From positions 1-36,889 of the forward strand of contig JAHQWH010000093.1 in the NCBI GenBank assembly GCA_029856105.1: a stretch of 36,889 nucleotides of DNA, read 5' to 3'. A program made the position numbers and the translations under genes. Under the pieces are notes generated by a model. That model was not told where the DNA came from. It was given only the letters and a program-made list of their open reading frames with translations, and did not search any database. This DNA is from Promethearchaeia archaeon (lineage in GTDB: Archaea; Asgardarchaeota; Lokiarchaeia; Sigyniarchaeales; SOKP01). Positions 8,863 through 18,337 of the stretch are shown here, in pieces (position 1 is the first letter of the stretch; each line of letters begins with the position of its first letter).

Positions 8863-9405
8863 ATGAAAGTTATTGGATTTTGCGGGCTTCCTGGTTCTGG
8901 TAAATCAACTGCTTTAATTGCAATTGAAGATTTAGGCATAGTAATAACGATGGGCGATGTGATTAGGAAAGAGGCTATAAATAAAAATATTGAGCCTAAC
9001 AACGAAAATTTGGGTAAAATAGCTAAAGAATTAAGAGAACGAGGGGGTGATGCGATTGTGGCGGAAAAATCGGTTGAGATGATTAAAAACCAAACAAATA
9101 AAGTAATTTTCGTGGATGGGATAAGATCTCTATCTGAAATAGAAGTATTTCGTAGCTATTGGAAATTTCCGGTCATTGCTATTGAAACTAGTGATGATTT
9201 ACGATATAAAAGGATAAGAAAGCGTGCTCGTAGTGACGATTCAAAAACTCTTATAGAAATTACGAAACGGGATAAACGAGAGTTAGGATTTGGCCTTAAA
9301 GAAGTAATAAAAAAAGCCAACTGCAAAATTATGAACGATTCTTCTGAAGAAGAATTAAAAAAAATAACGAGAGAGATCGTCTTAGAAATAATTCAGAATT
9401 ATTAG
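8863..9405 (+). CDS. UPF0200-family P-loop kinase (dephospho-CoA kinase-like)
   Basis: GLPGSGKS, MGDVIR, DGIRS..E, RSDD...RD.RELGFG. Confidence 0.8.
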   Translation: MKVIGFCGLPGSGKSTALIAIEDLGIVITMGDVIRKEAINKNIEPNNENLGKIAKELRERGGDAIVAEKSVEMIKNQTNKVIFVDGIRSLSEIEVFRSYWKFPVIAIETSDDLRYKRIRKRARSDDSKTLIEITKRDKRELGFGLKEVIKKANCKIMNDSSEEELKKITREIVLEIIQNY

Positions 9406-9411
9406 AAGCAT

Positions 9412-10320
9412 TTAATCGAACTTTAAATAATCTGCTATAGTTTTAGCTAAAGATACTTTAGCTACTTCGTTATCAATAGAATCAGTACCTATGATGTAAT
9501 CTGCTCCAGCTTTTAAGATGCGATATTTCGCATGTTGCAACATTAAAGCGTGCGTTGCCACAGCAAATACTTTTTTAGCTCCACTCTCTTTAGATAATCT
9601 GATTGCTGTTGCCATCGTTCCTCCTGTTGCGATAATATCATCTGCAATGACTACATCTTTATTTTTCAAACTTAAATTGCCCGTCATTATTATTTCTCCG
9701 GTTTTAACATTGCGAGTTTTCTCAAAATAATCAACAGGTATGTGTTCTCCAAAATGTTTTGCAAAAGCTTTAGATCTTTCAACTGCACCTTTGTCAGGTG
9801 AAACAACAACAATGTCTTTTTCACTTAACGACTTAATGTAATCTGCTAATATTTTCATTGAATCAATATTAATTGTTTTACATGTTAAATTATCTAAAAT
9901 TTCAGGCGCATGAACATCACAAGTATAAAATTCATCTATACCTAAAGAATTAATCATATGTAAAATCACATGAGCAAAAGGACATTCACCGGGCCTAAAT
10001 ACTTTATCTTGCCTAGCATAAGCAAGATAAGGTACTACGATGGTTATTTTGCTTGCCCCCATTCGTTTGACGGAATCTACCATCATTATTAGTTCAATTA
10101 GTCTTGAATTTTGGTTACCGCAAAAATTTGGTCCTGTTGATTGAATGATAATTACATCTTTTCCTTCGATTATAGTTTCATCTTCTATGTTAATTCTCAA
10201 ATAGTTCTCTCCGTCGGGGAATGTTTTAAATTCAGTATTTATCGTTTCTATATCTAATTCTTTAGCAATATTAACTCCCAACATCTGAGAAGCAGGTCCT
10301 ACAATAATGATTTTCTCCAT
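9412..10320 (-). CDS. prs: Ribose-phosphate pyrophosphokinase
   Basis: FPDGE, PYLAYARQDK, VSPDKGA, DDIIATGGT. Confidence 0.95.
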   Translation of the reverse strand: MEKIIIVGPASQMLGVNIAKELDIETINTEFKTFPDGENYLRINIEDETIIEGKDVIIIQSTGPNFCGNQNSRLIELIMMVDSVKRMGASKITIVVPYLAYARQDKVFRPGECPFAHVILHMINSLGIDEFYTCDVHAPEILDNLTCKTINIDSMKILADYIKSLSEKDIVVVSPDKGAVERSKAFAKHFGEHIPVDYFEKTRNVKTGEIIMTGNLSLKNKDVVIADDIIATGGTMATAIRLSKESGAKKVFAVATHALMLQHAKYRILKAGADYIIGTDSIDNEVAKVSLAKTIADYLKFD

Positions 10321-10374
10321 CTTGATATCACTTTTTAAATTTAAGGAATAATAATTTAAATTATTATTTCATTT

Positions 10375-11094
10375 TTAATATTTTTTTAAAAAATCAAGAG
10401 AATTTTTAAAAAGGTCATCTCGATGATTTTTAAATGAGTGCCCTCCATCATTATAAACAATAACATTTTCCTCATTTAGTCCAAGATGGTTTTTTATTTG
10501 ATCTAAATTCTCAAAAGGAATACGATTATCATCCTTACAATGGGCAATCATTATTCTCTCATTATTTTTCGAATCTTTATTTAAATAATATTTAGGGCTT
10601 ATAAGTTTTATAATATCATCAGGAAATCTTATCCTTGTTGTTATATAATCATAACGAGTACACAGTGCTATTAACTTTTTTACTCTCTTATCAAGAAACC
10701 CGTGAGTTAAAATAATTGCTCCTCCCAAACTTCTGCCAAACAAAAAAATCCTATCGTCTAATAATCTTTCTGATTGCTCATATATTACCCAATTAATTAC
10801 TTCTTTAATATCTGAAAATATTTTAGTAACCTTTTTATCCCATCTTGACCCCGTTTGCTTTTTAGTCTCTCCGTGTGCGCGGTAATCATACGATAAGATG
10901 TAAAATCCAGCCATTGCAAACTTTTCTGTAAAAAACTTTACAAAATAACTTTCTCGATGATCTAATAATCCAGCAAGGTTTATTATAAAAGGGGCTTTTG
11001 GAGGTGTATTCAATGAGTAATAAATTGAACCTTTGAGCTCTACTTTATCAGATTCTATCGGAATTTCTATGTTTTCTATTTCTACAGTAGTCAT
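10375..11094 (-). CDS. Alpha/beta hydrolase
   Basis: YDYRAHGE, GRSLGG nucleophile elbow, HCKDD, GGHSF. Confidence 0.85.
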   Translation of the reverse strand: MTTVEIENIEIPIESDKVELKGSIYYSLNTPPKAPFIINLAGLLDHRESYFVKFFTEKFAMAGFYILSYDYRAHGETKKQTGSRWDKKVTKIFSDIKEVINWVIYEQSERLLDDRIFLFGRSLGGAIILTHGFLDKRVKKLIALCTRYDYITTRIRFPDDIIKLISPKYYLNKDSKNNERIMIAHCKDDNRIPFENLDQIKNHLGLNEENVIVYNDGGHSFKNHRDDLFKNSLDFLKKY

Positions 11095-11105
11095 GTTAAG
11101 ATTAA

Positions 11106-11552
11106 TTAAATCACATTATTTTTATATATTTCAATTGCACGCTTCAATGTTTGTACAGCCAGTTCAGCACAGTGCTTATGATCATCTGGTAAACCATGTA
11201 ATGCTGTCTCAATATCCTCTGATTTTAATTGTTCAGCAGATTCTATTGGTTTTCCTTCAATTAGTAACGTAGTTTGACATCCAGCAGCAACTGATATTCC
11301 ACATCCATCTGTAATAAAATTCATTTTTTCTATTATACCATCTTCGATTTTAAAAAAGAATTGCATTGTATCTCCACATGGTCCTTTATATTCTTGAGAT
11401 ATCGTTATTTCTTCTTCAGGAGGTTTACCCCAATTACGAGGATTATGAAATAAATCAACTACATATTTGTTAAAAGCTTTAGTCTCTTCATCTATTATCT
11501 CTTGTTGGAGTTTCTCAACAAATTTATCAAAATCACCTTCATCTTCAGTCAT
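11106..11552 (-). CDS. IscU/NifU-type Fe-S cluster scaffold protein
   Basis: HNPRNWG, GPCGD, DGCG, HKHCAELA with three conserved Cys. Confidence 0.9.
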   Translation of the reverse strand: MTEDEGDFDKFVEKLQQEIIDEETKAFNKYVVDLFHNPRNWGKPPEEEITISQEYKGPCGDTMQFFFKIEDGIIEKMNFITDGCGISVAAGCQTTLLIEGKPIESAEQLKSEDIETALHGLPDDHKHCAELAVQTLKRAIEIYKNNVI

Positions 11553-11553
11553 A

Positions 11554-11844
11554 TTATTTAATGTCCTCCAAATGGTTCAAAACGTGTTTCTCTAAACTCT
11601 CTTTTCTATTAATTTCGTTTGGAGCTTTATTGTATTTATCTAAAATGCCTAAAATTTCCCGATTTAAGGCGTCGTGTTCGCGTAAACAACTACTTTTTTT
11701 CAAAAACTCCTCTCCGTGCCTCATTGCGGCTAAGTTTTCAGTGATTTTTATTAATTCAGTAGCAATAATACTGTTAATATAAATTAAGTCTGAAAACATA
11801 TTTTTCATGTATAAGCCTAATTTTAATTGATCAGACATATGCAC
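11554..11844 (-). CDS. Hypothetical helical protein
   Basis: Stop lies 1 nt before the scaffold gene start, suggesting an operon; normal composition. Confidence 0.65.
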   Translation of the reverse strand: MHMSDQLKLGLYMKNMFSDLIYINSIIATELIKITENLAAMRHGEEFLKKSSCLREHDALNREILGILDKYNKAPNEINRKESLEKHVLNHLEDIK

Positions 11845-11896
11845 TAAAATTTCTCTTAAAATTAATTACTTATTATAATTAAATATAGAAGTAATT

Positions 11897-13591
11897 TTAA
11901 AATGAAAAAGCAAAATAAATTGCTGTATAAATTAAAGCTCCGATTACGAAGGCACCTATAGCCCCCAATCTAGTAAAAAAAGTTTTTTTCATGTCGGGTT
12001 TTAGAACTTCCTTCGGGAAAACTTTCAGATTCTTTAGATATTTATTGAAAAGACGGTTTTCTTTTAAATCTAAAGTAATTGGAATTCTATAGGTTATAGA
12101 TTCGGTTCTAAATTCAACAACATCGATTGGAAGGCATAAATAAAATATTATAAAAACTATCACTACACACAATAACGAAGTGCCTAGAAGGTTATCAATT
12201 ATTAAACCCATTGTATCAGCAATTACCCACCCTTCGACTTGTTGAATCGTCATAAATACCAGTAATCCGCTTATTCCAAATATATCAAAGAAATCTAATT
12301 TTCTATACCACTTTCTCACATTAATCGACTCTACATTATTGGCGGCAACATAGTGGAATTTATAGTAAAATAATCGTTTGAACCTAAATTTCTTTAATTC
12401 TTCGTCAAACTGTATTATATCTCCATCTTTATTACCAAAATCGTAAAACAGAGATTTTACAACTAGCATTAAGCCATACATTAAGGATATCCACCAAACA
12501 AAAGGACCAAAAAATACCATCTGCGTTAACATAATTATGGCAAATATTATTAAAAACAACCCAAAGACTAAGTTGAATAATTGAAAATTAGTAGTACTTA
12601 CATCTGAAAATAATTCACTCTTCTTTAATTCCTCTCCTTCTCGTAAATTTGGATTACAATCTAAATAAGTGCTAAAATCCTCCTTGAACTGAGATTGATT
12701 TCTTAATTTCATTGGAGAAAACCACATTTCATAAAGTCTCTCCTTTGTAGCTATTTCAATATAATTTTGCTGAAACATTACCAAAATGATTAAGGCAAGG
12801 ATGTCTAAAATAGAAATAACGACAAAAGTCCAAGATAGTACAAAATCTGGTCCTGCTCTTTCAGCAGCAAATAAGGGGATTGCTGTCATAAGTTGTAAAA
12901 CGATAAAAGGAATCATTATTATAATCCAAGCTAATTTCGGGCCCGCGTGATTATTTTGATATCGAACTACTTCAATGTCTTTCCTAGGAATTTCCGTTAA
13001 CCACGGAAACCCTGGTCTTATTTCGTAAAAGAAAAGAAAATTCTTTGATTTAGAGAACACTCCCCGAAAGGGACTCAATAGAAAATATATTAATAAACCC
13101 AGCCCAATTCCTAGCATTGGAAGGCCAGTTACATAAAACCACGATGGTCCGCCAAGGAATACAGCGCTCCCATATTTTACTTCGTGACCAATGTCATCTC
13201 CGAATATAAGAAAAGAATATATGCCAACACTGATTAAAATTAATGCAGCTATACCTCTTGTTAACGTAATTGAATTAAACTTAACGAACTTTTCTATTGG
13301 TTCTCTTAAATCGCGCATTCTTTTTATTGTTAAAGAATTTTCTCGGAGGTAATAGGGCGTAATGAAAAACTTAGATGTTATTATCCCTCCAAAAACAATT
13401 ATTATGATATCAACAAATAGCGAGGGATTAAAACCTTCGAGGGTTATTCCAAAATCAAATCCCGTAAAAAAGAATAAAAATCCTAAAAACATTATAAAAA
13501 GTCCAGTAAATAGAAAAATAAAGCGTAAGATTCGCTTTTTAGGGTGCGTTAATTTTAATTTTTCAATTTCTTCGTTGTTTAAATAACTCAT
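11897..13591 (-). CDS. Multi-pass membrane protein with apparent internal duplication
   Basis: Alternating TM hairpins and soluble beta-rich segments; YIEIATKERLYEM resembles VVEFRTESITYRI. Confidence 0.7.
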   Translation of the reverse strand: MSYLNNEEIEKLKLTHPKKRILRFIFLFTGLFIMFLGFLFFFTGFDFGITLEGFNPSLFVDIIIIVFGGIITSKFFITPYYLRENSLTIKRMRDLREPIEKFVKFNSITLTRGIAALILISVGIYSFLIFGDDIGHEVKYGSAVFLGGPSWFYVTGLPMLGIGLGLLIYFLLSPFRGVFSKSKNFLFFYEIRPGFPWLTEIPRKDIEVVRYQNNHAGPKLAWIIIMIPFIVLQLMTAIPLFAAERAGPDFVLSWTFVVISILDILALIILVMFQQNYIEIATKERLYEMWFSPMKLRNQSQFKEDFSTYLDCNPNLREGEELKKSELFSDVSTTNFQLFNLVFGLFLIIFAIIMLTQMVFFGPFVWWISLMYGLMLVVKSLFYDFGNKDGDIIQFDEELKKFRFKRLFYYKFHYVAANNVESINVRKWYRKLDFFDIFGISGLLVFMTIQQVEGWVIADTMGLIIDNLLGTSLLCVVIVFIIFYLCLPIDVVEFRTESITYRIPITLDLKENRLFNKYLKNLKVFPKEVLKPDMKKTFFTRLGAIGAFVIGALIYTAIYFAFSF

Positions 13592-13622
13592 TAATCTATC
13601 AAAACTTTAATCTATCAAAACT
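13591..13622. repeat. Perfect 16-bp tandem duplication TTAATCTATCAAAACT x2 in a divergent promoter region
   Basis: Copies at 13591-13606 and 13607-13622. Confidence 0.8.
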
Positions 13623-13678
13623 ATTAATATATCTTTTGTTTTTTTCTTTAATAAAATTTCAATTTTAAAAATTTAAAA

Positions 13679-14194
13679 ATGATTGATATCAAATATTCTT
13701 TAAATAGATTTGAAGAAAAAATGGATTATAAAAACTTTCACGACGGTTTATTGTCAATATCGTTAATTCAATTTATTATTTCGCTTACTTTTTTAATAAG
13801 TTCGATTGTTTTAAAACCCTATATTGCCTTGGAACCTAAAGAAAGGGATTTTATCGTTTTATTGACGGTATTTAATATAATTTTTAGCATCTACTACATA
13901 ATAGAAGCGTTAAAATTAGAAAAAGTTTTTAAATTGGAAGACAAGCACGTTTTTAAATTTGGAAAAAGGATTGGAATAGTATCTTTAGCCTATTTACCAT
14001 TATATTTTACATTTCTCTCACTTTTATTTCTTAATTTGCACGAGTTGCAAGTAATGATGGTTTACTTAAACCTCATTATAGAAACATTGTTACTCGGTGT
14101 TGTATTTAAAGAAGTTTACGATCTTCTCTTTATAACTGAAGCTGAAAGAAAGTTTGAATTAGAAAAAAATCGTAAATTATACTTAGAACCTTAA
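13679..14194 (+). CDS. Hypothetical 4-TM membrane protein
   Basis: Four hydrophobic segments. Confidence 0.65.
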   Translation: MIDIKYSLNRFEEKMDYKNFHDGLLSISLIQFIISLTFLISSIVLKPYIALEPKERDFIVLLTVFNIIFSIYYIIEALKLEKVFKLEDKHVFKFGKRIGIVSLAYLPLYFTFLSLLFLNLHELQVMMVYLNLIIETLLLGVVFKEVYDLLFITEAERKFELEKNRKLYLEP

Positions 14195-14253
14195 GAAGAT
14201 TATTAAAATCAGTATAATTAAAAATTTTAGATAAAAATATATTTTTTCTTGAA

Positions 14254-15492
14254 TTACAATTTAGCTAAATTTTCTAATGCGGTGTCGCACATTTTAAGTT
14301 TCGTACTATATTTTTCCATCAGCTCTGCAAATTTTTCCACTTCAATTTCCTTACTATCTTTTAACACTTTCAATTCATTAATAGTTCTTGCGATGCCAGC
14401 TTTTTTGTCTATCAATCGCTCTCGTTTACTATACGGTATTTTTTGTTCCAGTTTCCTTTTTTGGAACGTTTTAAACCTCTTAATGTTTAAATCCTTAGGT
14501 ACAAATTTGGTTAAATATATGGTGCTTTTTGGAACGAACGGTGCTAAATTTTCTGGGATAATAATAATTGGTTCAGGATCCTGAATTCTTTTAATCTCAT
14601 CGTAATCTAATAAATCCATTTTGTTTTCTTTCAATATATCTGTAACAATAGCCAAATTGCCGTCAATATTGCTTTTTTCTCCGCTTGATAAATCAGATAA
14701 CCCTTGGAGCATTTCCTTCCAGATTTCTCTAGATTTTTCGTAATAGAAATTTGCTTTTTGCTGTAACTTTCTAACTTTGTCTTTATTAATATTTGTAATC
14801 GAAGATTCTAAAGAAGCTCGAGCTTTAAGATTGCAAGCTTTACCCATATCAAAGTGAAATTGAGCTCTTAGTTGTTGCTTTTTCTTCTCTTCGTGTTTTT
14901 TCAAATAAAATAATCTTTTTGATAAAGAGCTTAAACCCGCATATAATTTTGAAGCGAAATAGATATTATAAGAATTTTCTTCCTTTAATGCAGCGATACT
15001 TTGTGCTAAAATTCGAGACTCCTCCGAATTCAATTCGAGATTTTCAGATGAAAGAGTTATCCCTAATTCGGTCTGATTAATAGCTGCGGCGCTAAAATAC
15101 GCAGCAGTTTTGTACATTTTGCTGCATTCTACCATCGCTATTATTGCATCCTCCCAATCTTCCTCATCTTCAAATTTTTCTGAGATATGAGAATAGGCTC
15201 TTGCCATCACCCATAAAGTACGCGCACACTCAAACATTAAATCTCTTATCTGAATTTCCTTATTGTTGTCTAAAGGTTCTAAAAAATTCGGTGTGATGTC
15301 TAAATCTTTTAAAATCTTAATTTGGTCTTCATTTTGATAGTTAATGTTTAAAATTTTAGTGTACTCTAAAACAAGGTTTAGATCGTCTAAACTAAAACTT
15401 TCTTCTTCTTTTTCTAAAGCGTCTTCAATTTTCTTTATTTTATAATGCAGATATCTAATACGCTGCATTATTTCGTTTGTAAAAAAAGTCAT
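14254..15492 (-). CDS. Alpha-helical protein, putative BRO1-domain homologue
   Basis: Collinear matches to BRO1 motifs: LMFECARTLWVMARAYSHIS, KMYKTAA, TLSSENLELNSEESRILAQSIAALK, FASKL, LRAQ...KA. Confidence 0.55.
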   Translation of the reverse strand: MTFFTNEIMQRIRYLHYKIKKIEDALEKEEESFSLDDLNLVLEYTKILNINYQNEDQIKILKDLDITPNFLEPLDNNKEIQIRDLMFECARTLWVMARAYSHISEKFEDEEDWEDAIIAMVECSKMYKTAAYFSAAAINQTELGITLSSENLELNSEESRILAQSIAALKEENSYNIYFASKLYAGLSSLSKRLFYLKKHEEKKKQQLRAQFHFDMGKACNLKARASLESSITNINKDKVRKLQQKANFYYEKSREIWKEMLQGLSDLSSGEKSNIDGNLAIVTDILKENKMDLLDYDEIKRIQDPEPIIIIPENLAPFVPKSTIYLTKFVPKDLNIKRFKTFQKRKLEQKIPYSKRERLIDKKAGIARTINELKVLKDSKEIEVEKFAELMEKYSTKLKMCDTALENLAKL

Positions 15493-15594
15493 CTTCCAAA
15501 CTTATAGTTTTTTATTTAAATTTATGTTAATTAAAATAATTTAATCATCATTTTAAAACCATTTTAAAAATATGAAAATTAATATACATTAAAA

Positions 15595-16911
15595 ATGGTT
15601 AATCAAAAAATATTTATTTTTGAATTTGTGAGTGGAGGAGGATACAATCAAGTTGAAATTCCTTCGTCTTTATTTTGTGAAGGTTATGCAATGTTAAGAA
15701 CCACAATAGAAGATTTCAAAAAATTAGGTTTTCAAATTATTACTTTATTAGATGTTAGGATTGAATTTTTATCTCAATATTTAAAAGCAGATATAATAAA
15801 ACTAGTTAATAAACACAATGATTACATAAAAACATATACCGAATGTGTAATAGAATCTTCTTATTGCTTTATTATTGCCCCAGAATTTTCAAATATTCTT
15901 TATAATTTAACAAAAATAGCAAAAGATAATAAAAAGACCGTTTTAAGCGTAGATTTGGATGGTATTGTTTTGGGAGCTTCTAAGCTAAAAACTTATAACT
16001 TCTTTCTGGAAAATAAAGTTAACACACCCCAAACTTATACCATCCCATTTAAAAAAAAATTTGATTTAGAATTTATACTTCAAAAATTTGCCGTATTAAG
16101 ATGTCCAATTATAATTAAACCTGAAGATGGGGTTGGCTCCGAATCAATATTTTACTTTGAAACTAAGGCGCAGATTATCCATTTTTTTGAAGATTCTAAC
16201 GAAAAACTTGATCTTAGTAGAAATTATATCCTCCAAGAATACATAGATGGCGAGGACTTAAGCGTATCAATAATTAACGGCGTACCCTCTAAAAAACCAG
16301 AAGCCATGAATCAGATAATTTTAAGCATCAATGCACAGATCATAAAATTTAAAGACCCAGTTAATGATTCCATCTACTTAGGTGGTTTTACGCCGGTAGT
16401 TGATTACGATTTTTTAAAAAATATCTTAGAAAAAATATTAGAAAACATGGATTTGTCTAGTTTTCGAGGTTATTTTGGCATAGACTTTATTAAAAAAGCG
16501 GATAATTCAATATATTTTATTGAGATTAATCCAAGATTGACCACCTCATATGTAGGGATTAGAAATATATTAGATTATAATCCTTTAGAAATGATTTTTA
16601 ACCAAGATAAACCTTCGCTTAATTTAAACAAATTACATCACCAAAGTTTTTCTAAATTTAATCAATTTGAATTAAAATATGTCGGAGAAGAAACATCCAA
16701 TGAAATTATTAGCAGAATTGTCCCAAAATTAATGAGTTTGATTCCAGAAATAGTAACACCTCCAATTGCTTTAAGTAAATCGGTGGTGGATCGAGACTTT
16801 TTGTATTATTGTTTTATAGCAACGAAAACAAAGGATTTGAATTCTTCAGAGAAAAGAATCTCTAAAATTATTAAGATTTTTGACGACTATAATTTTCAAA
16901 CGATTAAATAG
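15595..16911 (+). CDS. ATP-grasp ligase, tyramine--L-glutamate ligase (MfnD)-like
   Basis: IFIFEFVSGGG...EGYAML, IIAPE, IKPEDGVGS, GYFGIDF, IEINPRLTTSY. Confidence 0.8.
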   Translation: MVNQKIFIFEFVSGGGYNQVEIPSSLFCEGYAMLRTTIEDFKKLGFQIITLLDVRIEFLSQYLKADIIKLVNKHNDYIKTYTECVIESSYCFIIAPEFSNILYNLTKIAKDNKKTVLSVDLDGIVLGASKLKTYNFFLENKVNTPQTYTIPFKKKFDLEFILQKFAVLRCPIIIKPEDGVGSESIFYFETKAQIIHFFEDSNEKLDLSRNYILQEYIDGEDLSVSIINGVPSKKPEAMNQIILSINAQIIKFKDPVNDSIYLGGFTPVVDYDFLKNILEKILENMDLSSFRGYFGIDFIKKADNSIYFIEINPRLTTSYVGIRNILDYNPLEMIFNQDKPSLNLNKLHHQSFSKFNQFELKYVGEETSNEIISRIVPKLMSLIPEIVTPPIALSKSVVDRDFLYYCFIATKTKDLNSSEKRISKIIKIFDDYNFQTIK

Positions 16912-17794
16912 AAAGTAGAAGGATAATAGAGAAACCTCCGTAGTGGATCAACAGCGAAATAATTAACGAATTTTCAATCTTTAACTTTTTATTCACACTT
17001 AAATTATATGTTAACAACCATAAAGACAATACTTGGAATAAAATTACGAGCACGTTATCTAATATTCTAACTGCAGGTAAATTTAAAGAACCTGTAGAAA
17101 ATAAGATAAAATGCAACACTAAGTAAATATCTATAGGAAATAAAATAATGGGAAAAGCAATTAAAAATTTCAAGGTATTTTCTTTTTTTTTATAAATTAT
17201 ACGACATATGCCTTCGTTAATTAGAAAAAAGAAAAAAATATTGCCTATAAATATAATTGCAAGTATTACTTGAAGAATAGGTTCAATAAATTCTAATTCA
17301 GATTGCCCAAAAAAGAGAAAAAAAGGAAATAAACCGTTCAGACCGCAAAATATTGCCCCTATTAAAGCAATCGTAATTGAAATTATTATCGTATAAATCA
17401 TTTGGTTGCTTTCGTAATTAATATATTTTTTTGGAGTCAAACGCATTAATCCTTTCAAAATTGGTGAACTAAATTCTTTTTTGCTAAAATCAGGAGTAAT
17501 GATTGTAGTTATGTTATCCTTTAACGAATTGTAAGCGTGACCACCCAATTCAGTTAAGTAGTACTTCTTATCGTCACGTTGTTCAATTAAATGGGATAAA
17601 GTGTCTAAATGGTGGTAAATCGTACCCGTACTTACCTTTAATTCTTTTTTAAGGTATGTGAACGAAGTAAACTTATTCTCTCCAATAATGTTTATAATCT
17701 TTCTCCTAAGTCCATGGCCCAACGCGTAATAAAAATTAGCCTCAGCATCGTAAATTTTAGCGTTTTCCTTATGCGTTTCTTCTTTTTCACTAAT
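16904..17794 (-). CDS. ArsR-like winged-HTH domain fused to multi-TM domain; probable ATT start at 17794
   Basis: Frame stays open upstream of TTG 17722 and adds the expected first HTH helix (...EANFYYALGHGLRRKII); STGTIYHHL; about 5 TM segments. Confidence 0.75.
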   Translation of the reverse strand: MSEKEETHKENAKIYDAEANFYYALGHGLRRKIINIIGENKFTSFTYLKKELKVSTGTIYHHLDTLSHLIEQRDDKKYYLTELGGHAYNSLKDNITTIITPDFSKKEFSSPILKGLMRLTPKKYINYESNQMIYTIIISITIALIGAIFCGLNGLFPFFLFFGQSELEFIEPILQVILAIIFIGNIFFFFLINEGICRIIYKKKENTLKFLIAFPIILFPIDIYLVLHFILFSTGSLNLPAVRILDNVLVILFQVLSLWLLTYNLSVNKKLKIENSLIISLLIHYGGFSIILLLSI

Positions 17795-17813
17795 TACTTG
17801 ATCCCCTTCTTAC

Positions 17814-18221
17814 TTAGCTTTCCTTTATCATAAGGATATTTAAAATATCGAAGAATATCAATATCGAGCCTATAATTGAAAAGTAAAAACCTATTTGGGC
17901 GGTAGGAAGATAAATGAATTCTTCTGTGACGATTTTAAAAATGAATATCAAAAAAAATCCCAACCCAACGAAATTAATAATTACAGAATTAATTCTATAA
18001 TCTATTTTATAAACGATTAAACCCGTTCCCACTAAACAGATTATTCCGCTAATTAAAGGAAATAGATATAAAAAAGAATCTTCAATTGCTACACTCGTCG
18101 TAACAACATATATGTATATTAAGGATTGGTTGGAGAACCAAGATAAAAATTGCGATATTATTAATAATATCGAGCCAGTTAATCCTAACAAACGAAAATC
18201 TAAATATTTTTTGATATTCAT
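17814..18221 (-). CDS. Hypothetical 4-TM membrane protein
   Basis: Hydrophobic segments; FLSW and IGFY patterns. Confidence 0.65.
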   Translation of the reverse strand: MNIKKYLDFRLLGLTGSILLIISQFLSWFSNQSLIYIYVVTTSVAIEDSFLYLFPLISGIICLVGTGLIVYKIDYRINSVIINFVGLGFFLIFIFKIVTEEFIYLPTAQIGFYFSIIGSILIFFDILNILMIKES

Positions 18222-18337
18222 AATTCTTTATCTCTATACGATTTTTATATTAAAAAAAACGTTCAAATAGTATAAACTAAAATAGTAATATTAATTTAAG
18301 TCTTAAAATACAACTACAAAAAAAATTTTGAACTGAA

